Under the pieces are notes generated by a model that was not told the DNA's origin, did no database searches, and saw only the letters and a program-made list of their open reading frames with translations. From Ascidiella aspersa (lineage: Eukaryota), in NCBI GenBank assembly GCA_963924565.1, contig OZ004608.1, positions 7,564,001 through 7,628,000 on the forward strand: DNA of 64,000 nucleotides, given 5' to 3'. Made by a program: the position numbers and the translations under genes. Numbering within the stretch: the first letter of the stretch is position 1; each line of letters begins with the position of its first letter. Positions 1 to 13,977 of the stretch are shown in pieces.

Positions 1-3000
1 GCGTCACAACATGACGTCAAAAAACAACTAACTCGTCATGCAGTATAGTTACGTGCTAACGGTCACGTGTTGAAAGCGTTGGGTGAATCATTTGGCACGG
101 TGGGTAATCAAAAACCTAAAACGGGCATGTACGTGTACGCCAATTTTTAACCCTTTGAGTATTACAGAAGTGCACATTTGATAATTAGCTCGTTATGTGT
201 TGCCATTTAAAAAGTATTTTAAGGTGTTACAATTACAATAGTGGAGCAGCTATACATGTTATACGGATTATCGCAGATAAGCATACCTACATTGTTAGGG
301 TACAACTTGCAATACCCAGAATCTCTTAAATATACAACTATAAAAAAGCATTATAAAGTTAACTAAAACGTTACGAATAGCGGCACGAGAGTTTGTATAG
401 CTTATTGTGTATGACCTGCAAAAAATGAGAAAATATTTTTAAGGCCCTGGATATGCTAGCAGTCCTAAAATAAATGTATAGGAGCCAGCCAACAGTGATA
501 CATGGGCAAAAGAGGCGTTATTTTCTCATAAGATTGAAACCGAGTTTTTAAACGTAAAAAAACTTACTCACTGTATTACATGTTTCACGTTCTGAGATTA
601 GTCACGCAAAGTGATGTGCCACATCAGTTTTAAGATGAACGAGCTACTAAAATGGATCCGAAAGAATAGTCAAGGCACCGTTTTTTTCTCTGGAATTAGT
701 CGTTATTAATGCCATCCGTGCAGGGTGTCAGCACATCTTCAACAGCAAGCGACCTAAATAACTGCGTTATACTTTTTCTGTTCGTCTCTGTATCAAATTT
801 ACTTACTGGCTTTAAGTTTGAGGATACCTACTTGGAAACGGCACTATTCTAGTATTTTTTTGAAACAGCACTAATTTAGATTTTTATTTCATATTAAAAA
901 TCCTTCCTTGAATGACAACTTAATTAGTTTTACTAATTAACTTTGTGCATTCTATCACTAAACAACTTTTGGTTTTAATGCGGCGCACGTCTGTTGTAAA
1001 AGTCGAAAGCAGATTTCAATACTGATAATTCATTACAATATTGGCAAAATAAACCTCCTCTCATAACTAACATTGCTAATTGGAAAACTGAACAGTATAT
1101 TTTATTAAGAATATTAAAGCCCATACAGAAGTAGGTATGATTTAAAACGTTTTAAATAACTCTTTAATGAATAAAAATTATTCCAAACGTTCTAAATGGT
1201 GACATCTACTTATGACTATGCTTTTATATTTTTAATACGTTTTACTAACACCTCCAACCACTATGCTTCAAAGCATCTTTTATTTGTTTTTGTCTCATTG
1301 CAAACGCTGTCTGTAACCAGTCGTACTGCACCGATTCTGCAATTTGTTTGCGGCGTTAAACAGTGATTAAATTACAAGTAAAGCTATATGTGGTTTTGTG
1401 GCATCCGCTCGGCCAGCGCAAGTATAAAAAAAAACGGCCAATTAAAGAACAATATGGATGTAATATTATGCGAACTGCCTTAACCACGTTTTCTGTATGA
1501 TATGGAAATACATTCCATCAAGTGTTACGTCATCGATTTTTCCTATCGTTTGAGACGTTCCATTTGATTGGTCGTCTCAAACAAATTTACAATATTTTCG
1601 TGCAATACTTTTTTCAGATACAGATGTAAAATATTTACCCTTTATCTGAGGGTAAAATTTGCAGTTTTTTTACAGAGCATATACTTGTCGAGACCAGTTT
1701 CTCTATGACAATATACCGCAACAAAATGACACGCACAATGCTCCTACCAATTTACTTTTAATTGGAACGTTTTGCTTCGGCTGTGATTTTTCGGTTTGAT
1801 TGGTAACACAGAAAATATCATGACAAATCTCAACAAGCTGTTTGGTTTCTATAAATTATTCTTTAAAATCGTTAAACAAACAGATAAATATAGTAATGTA
1901 CAGCTGATTGCTATACTTCTTTGTGCTATTTCCAAAAACCCTGTTTCTGGCCGTGACACTGAGTTTTGCAACACTCGTTGATCACAATATATAGATTACT
2001 TTTTTAAAAACACATAAACAGTCGACCAGGTTGGCTATAGCCTACAAACACCATGAGTGACTTAAATTTGCGCTAATGAGGAAACATTAAGATTCTAAAT
2101 ACTTCCTTTCAAAGTTCCGCAAACCTCTCTAACGCAATTACTTTGAAAGGATTATCTTAAGTCTAAAAAATCGATTTTCGAAATTACAAGGCAAGGCATT
2201 TTGTTGGCACACGTAGTAATTCAATGGCGGCTGAAAACGGACTAAAAAAGCGCTATGTATTCAAATGAAGACATTGTTAAATTAGGAACGACGTCCTGCA
2301 GTCAGAGCTCGGCTTAACACTAACCTCACGTTTCAACCAGATTTCGCGGAGGGTGTATTATTTAGATGGCGGTTACTGCAAAAACTGCAGTATACGCGTC
2401 GCTGAAGGGTGGGGTCAAGGCACGACAGAGAGGTAATTATAGGACCTTTACTTCTTCCTTGTCGAGCCGTCCGTTGTGTTGGCAAGCCTTTTGTTTCAGC
2501 GTAAAGTTAAAAGGTCGATAAGCTGCTCGGTCCCTTACGCAATCACACAACCGCCAAGGGCAGACGGGAGTCGGTAATTTACCACGAAAAACACTATCTA
2601 CAGTATCCGCTCGAACGATTGCTGCAAAACACGCCGCCTCAATGTAAAAGAGGTTCAGTTCTGATATTTCACGCAATCTACCATTTTTTTATGAAATATA
2701 TAGTTTGGCTTGCTGTGTTTCTAGAAAAATTACATGTCAATCCGTTTTTGATCCAATGTTGTTCAACCAGTAGCCAGTGCCACCTAAAACACAATTCAAA
2801 CAAATCGAGATTTATTGTGGCTGCATTCCCAGGAATTAAATTGGCTGTAAGTGGGTTTTAGGAAGAATATTTAGTTTGGATCCTGGCTGTTGATCAAGGG
2901 AACTGACTGGAAATTGTGATAATGCTTATAGGTTTAGGACATGATTCAAGGCTGGGTGTTAGTTTTCATGGCTAAGGGATTCGAGGCTGCGACGATTTGC

Positions 3001-3074
3001 TCCGCAAGTGCCACTAAATTTAAACGAAGCACGACTGAAACTAACAAACACCTGGTTGAATGCGAACAAACCTT

Positions 3075-3350
3075 ATCCTAAACTTTTTTTTAACGTGGAC
3101 CTCGAGTATATAGGGAGTATATAGGCGAGGAATTTTACAAAACAGAAAATACTCTTCAGAAATCTGCTGTTTACATTGAAGTATAAATATACATTCAATG
3201 GAAAAACATTTTATTTTAAAGTAAACTCTTTTTTTTTAAATATGATTACTTTTCAGATATACACTAATGTTTCAATTAGGCCTTCATGGACCCCTACAAC
3301 TAGTTCACCTAACCACAATGGGTCCATGAAACCCAGTTTAAGAACCACTG
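3075..3350 (+). mobile_element. Decayed copy of the 62038-62375 MITE family
   Basis: 3260-3350 aligns with 62284-62375 (acactaat.tttcaattag.ccttcatggacccc...ccagtttaagaacc.ctg); 5' boundary approximate. Confidence 0.7.
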
Positions 3351-6300
3351 ATATATATTCGTTTGTTATTGAGCACCGAATAATCTTGCTAATAAACATT
3401 TCATGGCAAACCAGTATAATTAGACTGTGCTTGCTGTATGTTAGATGTAGTTAAAAGGGTGTAGGTATGCAACCCTACCGCCACGTTTTTATCTTTGCCG
3501 CAACCGGGACGCAAGATGCAGCTCTTCAATTTTACCACAAGGCAAACGAAGTCGCACGAAGCACGTGACATCGTCTATCCTTATTCGTTTTCGAAACGCC
3601 GCAACTCGCATCAAATAACAGTATCTCGGGCGTCGCCCTCTCACGTACTGTAATGTTGTGGTCATTTACAATGTAAGGAATACACACGGTTTTGTAATTT
3701 GTTTCAAAACGCCTCGTTGCCAATTTTCCGGTAAAAATTCGATCTTGCCAGACCTTTGTAGTGTGCGTTCTGCAGAATTCCACTTTACAAATGACCAACA
3801 TTGAGTTTTTCAAATTTACGAAAATAATTGTTCGATGTTCGAGCAAATGTGACCTTTATTTCGTGCCTAAAATTGTCAATCAGAAATTATTCAAATTGTT
3901 TTAAAGCACAGTGCGAAAAAACGTATTAATATTTTCCTTATCAACGCCAAACATTATAAAAATGATGATTCATTCGGCCAAATGTACTTTTGTAATCACG
4001 TATGGAACCCTTTACGTGTATTTTAAGGTTCGTGCTATCACAGCAGCATAAGCCATCATCCGCTTTCCACATCCTGCATTATCCGCTTTTTCATAATGGA
4101 TGTAACCCAAGCCGAAAAACATATTCGTCATGTCACTCTATTTCGTTTATCCAACCCCAGCCTACCCAATATAATCAAAAATTGGATTCTGAGAACCATT
4201 CTGATAAGATTTCAAGTTGTTTTTCCAAGTTATTGTTGTTTGTTCAACAGCAAATCGAAGTCTTGTTGTTAAACGCACGTTTATGTAGGTAAGCATGCGT
4301 GTTCAACTCAACAGATAACAGTCCTTGTGGGTTAACATTTATATTTGATCTTATTAAAATTTAAGAAACTCACATTGCGACATGACGACAAAAATACTAC
4401 CAATAAAAAATTGAGTATAATTTCCTATTAAATTGTTTGCATTTCAACATCACTTAACGGTTGGGAGTGGGGTGAAATGAAAGGCGTCTTTGTCGAACAG
4501 CTTTTTAAAAATTAAGGAGGCTTAGGTTGAAACGGGTTTGAACCGCATTGCTACGTAAGCACATGCGCAAACAGCTACGCACACACACGTCGGCACACTA
4601 ATGCACGCACACCCAAAGAAAAATTGTACAAGCACTCTTTGATAATGCCAACGAACTTTGTGTCGAGCGTTCGCGATAGATAAACGGCCCCTTTGTGAAG
4701 ACTGTTGGGCTTTAAATTTCTGAAAAACAAGCCGCCAAACGGACGCACGCACCCGTCAACGTGCGTGACAACCTTATTCAAGGGAAAATCGCTAAGGACT
4801 CGTACGACACCTGAACGATTCGGTCGTTATGCTCTTCCGCAAATCGCTCTTAAAACCTCTTTTATATTGTGGTTTGTCGTTTAGAAATCCAATACAGTAA
4901 TTGCAACTTTCCGTAGACGGCCAGCGGAAACATATGGGTATTTTGAGGTTCGCCAAACATATATTTAAACCCGCTTCACATTCTTATTTATCTTTTCGAA
5001 AAACAGAATATTCAAAGTCTCTCTCATCCAACTAAATAAACTTTGATAAAGTTTGGGTTAGCTTGGCTAATTGAGTTAACTTGTTTGCTTTTATTTTAAT
5101 GGACAAGGTGTCGCTGTCGCCGAGATTAATACAAATACCAAAAATGGCAAAACTGATAAAGAGTTAATGAAGTCTGGATGTGCAATGGCAATCAACCTTA
5201 AAACACATATAGAGAAACCACTATAGGACTCTGATAGCAACGCCTATAGCGTATAATTATAGAAATATAAATCGTAGCATTTTTCTTATAAAGTTTAAGA
5301 GTTCGCAACTAAAGGAGCTGCGTATATACAAGCGCATTGTGCCGACTGAGCTACACTGTCATTAAAATATATACCTATAAAGTTGCACTGTCATTCGATT
5401 AGTGATAGGCAGTTCGTATAAATGAACAACCTCCTTGACGGTTGCCAGCACGAGCCGCGGTTTCCAAACAGGTTCGGGATTCCAAATCTGCAACGAATCC
5501 GACCGATCATCAACTTAACTACACTTAAGTCAAGTGCTTTAAATGACTATATCATTCCTTTAGTTTAACTGGAGAAATATTAGTTTCCGAAAATTGTATT
5601 TGAACCATATAAATTACATTGGCTTTTTTTGTTTGTACGGCTAAAAAAGTTTGTTTACTATAGATTTAGTTATTAACTATATTGCTCAAAGTCAAATCAA
5701 TGTTAAAATAGTTTAACTTTCTGTTTGGGGCAAACAATTATTACCGTTTTATGGAAGTAAAATGAAGTCAGTTTATTTCAACTTGCTGTTTTGCAAAGGA
5801 ACCCCGAAATTTTTCCTGCAAACAATCTAACTTAGGTATATGCCAAACAAAATGCTGCTGCGATTCGAAACGAAAGATTAAAACCAAAATAGAATCAATA
5901 GCGACATCTCGCGGTTAAAAAATCGCAGCACGTTGTACCGCAAAATCCGGACGTTTGAGCTTAGCGGCGGTGCCAGGCCCTGCCGCAATCCACCAAACCT
6001 GACTTAGTACATTCTCGCGTTCTCACACTTGTTCATTGAGGCACGTTGCCAGGCACGGCTCGAAACCGTTTGAACTGCAGCTGTTTACGAGGAGAACGCT
6101 AAGCTTTCCAAACAAACAAAACATTTTTGGCTCGGGCTGTGCGCAAAAGCAGGGATAGGTGCCGAGTGCCACGAAATAACTTCACGGATCTCGAAATGCA
6201 AGTGTTGGAAATGCTTTTGCTTTGGACCAGATAATCCGGTTTTCGAACCCAAACAAACTCGTGTTTTCGCACATTAGTAATTCCCATTTCGGCGCCGAAT

Positions 6301-7492
6301 GTGGGAGATATTAAAAACGTGTATATTTTCGCAGCGGTTTTGTGTCAAAACCGGATTAAATGGCTCATCCCTGAATTTTCTCTTAAACCCATCAGACAAG
6401 ACTTAATTTGGAAACGTTTAAGAAAATCTTCAGAAAATTTAATAAAAATCTTAGAGCGATATTCTGGATGGTGTTCAGCTCATATGCTACATGATGTCAA
6501 ATCAACAAGATATTCTCGCATCGCCAACACTCATTGCAAACAAATAAAATAACATTTATAGCAGAATAAAATTACAATGGGTATAGATTAAAAATAGCCT
6601 ACAATATCATGAGTATATAACGATTTAACAATATACAAAGCAAAATAGATGAAATGTACTAGTTGCAAAATGTATAAAATTGGACTGAAATACCATAATT
6701 TGTGAATCATGACCTTTCAATACGAGACTTTACATATTTAATGTAAATCTTCCCTATAACATATTCTTGGTATGAATATTACAAGCAATAATATTTAAGT
6801 GGAGGCTATATTATGGGCAGCTCGATTCGATAACTGAACGGTCCTTTCGCTGTCCTTGTATTATTCTTTATGTTATTTTGTTGTTCTAGTTTGTAAAGAT
6901 CCACAAAAATAAATTGAAGCCATTTAGTTCGGTAAGTTCTAAAAGCAGCATTATAGGTATATGTTTAGCAAGACAAAGTCTTTGGTTTCATGGTAAATTT
7001 GCTTTACAACTGGGAGAAGAGGAAACCCGCAGTTTTGAACCACAAATTTGTTTGCAATACAAAGTTGCGGGTTTTAACGGTTTCTTCCAAATAAAATCTT
7101 CTCCTAGCTCGAAACACGTTTTGCGGTTGACCTTGAAATGTCAAATTCCGAAATTTTGCGGCGACGGAATACGTGACTGTTGTAATGTAATCTTCCAATA
7201 AATCCGATTCTATAAAACGGTAAAAAGAAACTTAATTAAAATTCCAAAGCGGCTTTATTGGCATTATTTATGGGACAGTTTCGCAAACGATGCCAGATTT
7301 ATTTTAAACGCCGAAGCCAAGTCCAAACCAAGCGCAAGGGGTAAAAATATACAAACAACAAATAAATTCCAGCAGACGAAAAATGGTGCATGATGCTTTT
7401 CAATTCATCAACAGCAAAAAAAACTATTGGAATTAAAAATGTTTTAAGGAGAACGATCTGGCAAACAGTATCATATATGTATTAGTCTATAA

Positions 7493-8062
7493 CAGGGGTC
7501 GGCAACTTACGGCCCGCCAATGTAAATCAACCGGCCCGCCGTCTCTTGGACAAACTGGACACGAGTCCATTTATAATACTTTTTGACTATTTTAACTACA
7601 TAAATGCGAAAACTTTTCGCGCTTCGCGCGAATGTTCTTTCTACGTCCGTTTTTATTTACGTTCTGATGCTGTTTTTGAACTAGATCAGCGCTTCTTTAC
7701 CGTTGCGCCGTGGAAGGCTGCCAAGTGCGTCACGGACAAACGGAAAACGTATTCAAAAATATTGGACATAAATTTCTTAACTATTATTTTTGTGAAAATG
7801 TAATAATAACTCGCAAGAAATTAAAAGAAAAATTATACCAAAAAAAAATCTTTTTTCGCGCTTTGTGCCAACACTGTAACTCCCTAAATGTAATTATTAA
7901 GCACATTTTTAAAATGCAAAAAAATCCGCGGACCGCTTAAATTACAATTGTTTTAAAATTGTCATAACACGAAATACCAGTTAAAATATGTTGTGCAGCC
8001 CGCAGAGACCTTTCTGAGTTTGGTTTTGACCCGCGACTATAGAAAAAGGTTGCCGACCCCTG
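7493..8062. mobile_element. Non-autonomous hAT-type MITE
   Basis: TIR CAGGGGTCGGCAAC / GTTGCCGACCCCTG; 8-bp TSD GTCTATAA/GTCTATAG. Confidence 0.9.
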
Positions 8063-10779
8063 GTCTATAGTAATGCTAAAACTCTTCCTTGGGTATCTTG
8101 TGTTGATTGCAGGAATTCAATAATTTACAACATATTGAATATTATTTTTTATTATTACTACGAATAATAACAAAAAACAAAACTTTTGCTATTTTGTCTG
8201 TTTTGTCAGTTTTATAAAGTCCCGTGTGTACAAATGCAATATTTAGAAACACAATTAAATCCTCGCTATTGCTATACACGCCTGATTGCTGTTAGCTTCC
8301 GGAAGCATCTTGTATTACACTAGTTCATTTATGCGAGGGTAATCGTTTCAAAAATGCTCTAGATTAGAAGACTGATATGACAAATAACACCATCCATGTA
8401 TTTGTCTTTAACAATGCTAAGCGGGTATGGGGTCCAAATTAATATAAGAGTCTTTTATAAGGCCAAGGAACCTTTCATACACATGTGTTACGATACTACA
8501 TACAATCCATAGCGTTCCAGAACTATGAGTGTTTACGGATATTATTGATTGAGTGTCAATCAACCGTGTTAATACAATATATGTACAAACAGGGATAAAT
8601 ACGCTTTATCGTGGACAAATAGACAAACTCTTAGTGACGAAAATGCCATGAAATAAATCCTCCAATTCGAGCTGGAAAAAAAAAGTTTTTCACTTTAACA
8701 AATTAGATTACAATAACCAATAAGATTAGCGAACTATCAAAAATTAAACAAAAATCTGAACCAGATTTCCCTAAATAAATTTACAATTAATTTGAACATC
8801 AAAACATTTAAATGTCAAAGATGTAAACGTCGACGTAACCAACGTTTGGCATTTTTTTCATTTTTGGTAAAATCGAAAATTAGATTTGAAACAAAATTAG
8901 GGCACACAAGTCACAAGCTATTCAAACATTGCATTATAAATGGAATCTCCTGTTTATTGCTATAGTCTAAGTTTACAACTAGCATATTTTACAATTTTAG
9001 CGGTTACAAGTATGTGAGAAAAAAGGAGAGCGTAAATGTATACCTCTGTCCGGCTTAAGGATCAAATTTCCAGACACGCGAAAAAGGTATCTTACTCTCG
9101 CAATTTTATAGAAGGAAAGCAGAATAAAGGTCACGTTTATTTACAAGTTTAGTCTTCCCCAAAGACGAAGAAAATGTACGTCGACAGAATATTTTACAAA
9201 CAGGGAAACTGAACTATCTTGTGTTCACAGCTCTATCACAAACGACCATACGCTTAACTAAAATAGAACAAGCAAAGAAATTGCTTACATCTACCGGGTA
9301 ATGTAATTCCTAAAGTTACTGAAAAAGCGTGTAATGTGATATAAAATCTCCCAAAAATACAAAAGAGTCCCTCTCCAAACGCGTTAACGTGAACAGTTAA
9401 ATAAGGAGCGTGAACGCACACTTTCGTACCATGATTAGCTAACATTTCTAGTGAAGGAAATAACGTATACTGCGTTTTAAATTATTTCAAAATAGACAAA
9501 AGGCCGCACGCAATAATCGGTTAGGAGACAAACGAAAGCGAAAAAGCACGTCGATCAGTCGATAATTAAAATTTCCATCGACATAAATAGCGTGCCCAAA
9601 ATTACCTTGACAAAGCACAAAACAATACAAAGGCCGAAACTTCCAGAAAAAGACTAAATGCAGATATGTACGCCAAATTTATAAAAATACTCGTCGATAG
9701 CAAGACAAAAAAACCCTAAATAATGCGATTGCTGCCAGACAAAGGTCAACTGGTAACAAGAAGAGGGTAAAAGACTAAAATACAATTTTCGCTGCCACGT
9801 GGTTTAAATTCCCATCAACAAAAAGTGATTAGTGAGTTCTGACAGCCCTCTAAAGACGACAAAGGAGAAAAAGTACTAAACTTGCTATTGCTACACGAAC
9901 AACAAATATGAAGGAAGAAAATATACTTTAATACGCACGCAAAACAATTCAAAATCAAAGGGTGAAAATATGACTTGATTTCTAAAAATCATCTTGTAGG
10001 AAGCGGAATAAGGATGTTATCACCAATAGGGGACTAAAAAGCACAAACATACAACTACGTGCCGCGAATAGTTTGAATTTCCAACGCCATAAGTCGAACC
10101 AAAATAGTAGCTTAGTAGTACCGCGTGCTGGAAACATTTGCAAACGCGACAGAAACGTCGACCAACGCAATACACGGGCGCACGTCCTTGAACGCGCGAT
10201 TTTGCAATAACTCGCGCGCTATAATTTGTTAGGTAAGCAGGAAAAACGGTGCGCGTAAGTTCACGTTCAGACCTAAACGAGAGAAACGACGATTCGAAAA
10301 AAGAAAAAGGGCATCGTCTCGGCGAGAGAAGTCGAACGAAAATAGCGCTTACTCGCACCTGTGTTGTTCTAGCCTTGGATATGACGTCGCCCGCCTGATT
10401 TTGGCGATTTCACTTTGCTTGTTTCTCGCTTCGGGAACAAGATAAGATCTCGAGCAGGTAAGCTCAGGGGATCAAGGGCAATATTGCCTCACCGCACTTG
10501 TGCAGATATTATAGTGAAGAGGTGAGTGGGTTTCTGGGATTTCCTGGCACCCGCTCCCCTTACAAACATTTAAAGCAATCTGTGGCCCGCGGATCAAATC
10601 CGGCCTGCCTGGTCGTTAAGTCTGTTCCGACTAATGTTTTTGTAGGTTAGCGCATTAACCCCTTTTACTCCTTCCTGAGTTTAGTTAAAGTAATACAAAC
10701 ACCCAAAAGAATTTCTTACTTACTTGTTTTATCCGCCGGCTACCTATATCTACTTATTACTAATTTATTTTATTCGTTG

Positions 10780-10951
10780 GCTACCTACCCAGGATAGCTT
10801 TATCAGGGAATGTAACAAACCACTCAAAATAAAACGACACAAAAAATGGAGAATTATTTCTGATTTTTCCTATGGATTTCTTCTTTTTTGTGTCGTTTTA
10901 TTTTGAGTGGTGTTGTTACATTCCCTCATGAAGGCATCCTGGATAAGTAGC
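10780..10951. repeat. Inverted repeat (~67-bp arms) with degenerate hammerhead-like cores
   Basis: Arms 10780-10846 and 10884-10951 are reverse complements with a few mismatches. Confidence 0.8.
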
Positions 10952-11619
10952 TGGGGCTTGGGATAAAACAAATATTTAACGGAAGAACTTCCGTTCTGTA
11001 TACACTATGCCTGGCAGCAACAGCAAATTTATTAATATAAACCCTCATTCTCAGACAAAACATAGCTTTGTTACGGTCTTGTTGTTGTACCGTCAGAAAT
11101 AAGCATTGTTGAAAACAACTTGCGCATACGAGATGTCTGGGGATTTACGGCGGCGCGTTGGATTAAACCAAAGCAGGGAACACGCAGTTTGAGATACAAT
11201 AAAGCACTTGTCCCAAAAATCTAGCTTCTCTTCTTGTCTAGGTAGGTAACATGCTTAAACATAAAACACCTCACCCGAAATCTGATCACCCCCAACGCCC
11301 CACAACATTCATCCAAAGAAAAATTGATGCTGTCTCAATGGAATATTTAAGTTTCAAGTGTTCTTTATCTTAAATTGGTAAGGCACGTCCATGCTAATGA
11401 TTTTGTCTTTCCTCAGACTCAGCCAACCCTTCGCCTCAAGACTGGACCTTTTTTTGAAGGCCCTAAGCACTAAATTTTTGCCCTATATATGCTATGCAAA
11501 ATAAATAACCACCATCAACCACAGAAGGTAATATCCATCGAAAATATAGAATGGTTTACGATGATACGTGGGATTGAAAAATTAACTAAAATGTAGAATC
11601 GTACTTGAATTATTTCACT

Positions 11620-12291
11620 ATACACTGAAGCACCATTGACAATTTTACTTTTAAAATATCTATGGTGCCCACTTTCGTTGGTCTTCTAAGCACGTGCATA
11701 TTTTGGCTAATGGTTAATCCAGCCCTGCTTTATGTGTTACTAGGAGTCACTTCAAACGTTTTGAGGTGGAATGATAAGCAGCGTGTCAGTTGCGGAGATT
11801 TACCGTGATTTGTTTCCCTTACTGACTGTTTTTTACCAAAAATTGGTAAGAAACGCCCGTGCTAATAATTTCTCTAACCTTAGCCCCAGTCAAGGCATTT
11901 AAGATTTTGGTGCCCTCTATGTTTTACTCAAACTATAGACAAACTAAACCACGTAAGGTATTATCTGTCGAAAATATAAAGAGGTTTGCTATGATACTTG
12001 AGAAAGAAAATGAGCATAAGTTTATTTCAACTGGGCCATTATTAAGGTCTGAGTTCTCTGACCCACTCGAATCATTTCGCTAAATACTATAAGGCACCGT
12101 TGGAAATTAGGCTATAATTTCTATGGTGCCCTTTCCTCTTTGTGCCCTAAGCACGTGCTTATTTTGCCTAATGGGTAATCCAGCCTTGCTTGACGTATGT
12201 GTTACCAGGAGTCACTCCAAACGTTTTGAGGTGGAATGATAAGCAGCGTGTCAGTTGCGGAGATTTACGTTGATTTGTTTCCCTCACTGAC
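11620..12291 (+). repeat. Local direct duplication (~465-bp period) including a MITE-like terminus
   Basis: ~11620-11826 matches ~12085-12291; 96-bp block 11731-11826 vs 12196-12291 has 5 mismatches. Confidence 0.85.
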
Positions 12292-13376
12292 CCTAAAGAT
12301 CACACAATGCTTAAAATTGCTTTTTTGCTCTTTGCAGAGTCCTTGAAGTCATAACAAACCGAACGAGTTGTTAAAATTGACAGGAGTATATGAAGCGGGT
12401 CGGTTGCGGCGATTAAAGAGGATTTGCGCGCCTCTTGAAAAAAACGTCTTAAAGGAAAATCGCACGAGATCTCTACAGCTAAGGTAGGAATATTTGCTTT
12501 TTATAATCTTTAAGGTTTCCTAAATGTTAAAAAATTTTAAAACAAATATTTATTTTTCTTCACGAATTCGGTTTCACCGTTTTCTACAAGAATGTACATT
12601 CCCATCACTTACGAAGTCTGAGCTGTTGCGGTTGACATTTTCTGTAGCAGCTCAAATATATTTCAACGGACTACTTTCACTGAAACAAGACCCTTTAAAC
12701 CTTTCAAAAAAATTTTGTGGGTAATAATTTCTAAAACACCCCCCTATATCGTTATTATGTACGTCAAAGGCATCGATTCGTCTGCTTGAAACATACATTC
12801 AAGTACACGTGTGAAAATGCGAACCTTTAGACTAAACCTCATTAAAATATATCTCGGTTAAATAACGAGTGTCAGCGGTCTCGTTGGAACGTTATCCGAA
12901 AAACAAACACATTTTCGTTATTAGGAATAGCCAGGGTTTGTGTTGTTCGTGTGAAGATAAGGCGGCGTTTTCTTTTTTTAGTATACTTTCGTTCCCGCAT
13001 CGCGTGTAACTTGCAAAGCCGAAAGAACTTAAAACCCCCCGATGTCGGGCAACCAGTAGTCTGCGGTGCAGGCGCCGATCTAATCTTGCGCAAATTGCGC
13101 TGCTAAGCCGTTCCGTAGATTATCCAAAGTGACTGCTGTAGAGTTTCCAGCGAAGAATCAAGGTCGCAGCCCTGTAACCTAACACCCCTAATGGCGGCTG
13201 ACCTTTACGCGTTTGCGGCTTTGAAAAGTAGATTTGAAAGTAGGGGTGTTCTTACGTTGTGCCGGTTAACACGTCATCGAGAAAAATTTAAGTCGACGCT
13301 TTGGATTTAGATAAGCTTCCCTGGACACCGCTAGCTTCTTCGAGAAAAAAATAATCCTTGAGGGCATTTTCTGTTA

Positions 13377-13977
13377 TAGGGTTGCCCGCGGACATGAAAA
13401 TTTCGTTTGTTTATTTACCCAACCTTCGGTTTGCATTTAGAGGCATGAAGATGTATATAATCTTGCTGAAACTTCAAACATAAAACGGAGTATCTGCAAC
13501 GTTAAGTGAAAACACAAAGTTTAGGGTTGCCCGCGGACATGAAAATTTCGGTTTTTTACAAGAAGGTTTATAAATGTTAGTTGTAATTTTGAAATTTGAT
13601 TCGTTTGACTTAACCTACAGGAAAAAAATACTTACCATAACAGCTACTTCAATTGTTACAGCAGTATGTCTATACTTACTGGTCCAGGCTTTTTTAACTT
13701 GAACGAGATCGAATTTTTTTTCGAGTATGCAACAGGCCGATCTAAAAAAAATAACTACAATTGTTTAAGCATATTTTGTATATAATTTTAGGTTAAGTTA
13801 ACATGGATAGAATGCTATAATGTTGTGTCATGTACCTTGCAGGCAAATAAATCAGATAATTGGCACCTTGTAAATAGAGTGTTTACCCAACCTTCGGTTT
13901 GCATTTAGAGGCATGAAGATGTATCTAATCTTGCTGAAACTTCAAACATAAAACGGAGTATCTGCAACGTTAAGTGA
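13377..13977 (+). repeat. Interleaved direct repeats (A-B-A-X-B)
   Basis: A = 13377-13405 and 13522-13550 (29 bp, identical); B = 13414-13509 and 13882-13977 (96 bp, 1 mismatch). Confidence 0.9.

Noticed and set aside
11379-11400. miR-124-like start TAAGGCACG
   Set aside because: Match ends after 9 nt and there is no supporting hairpin.
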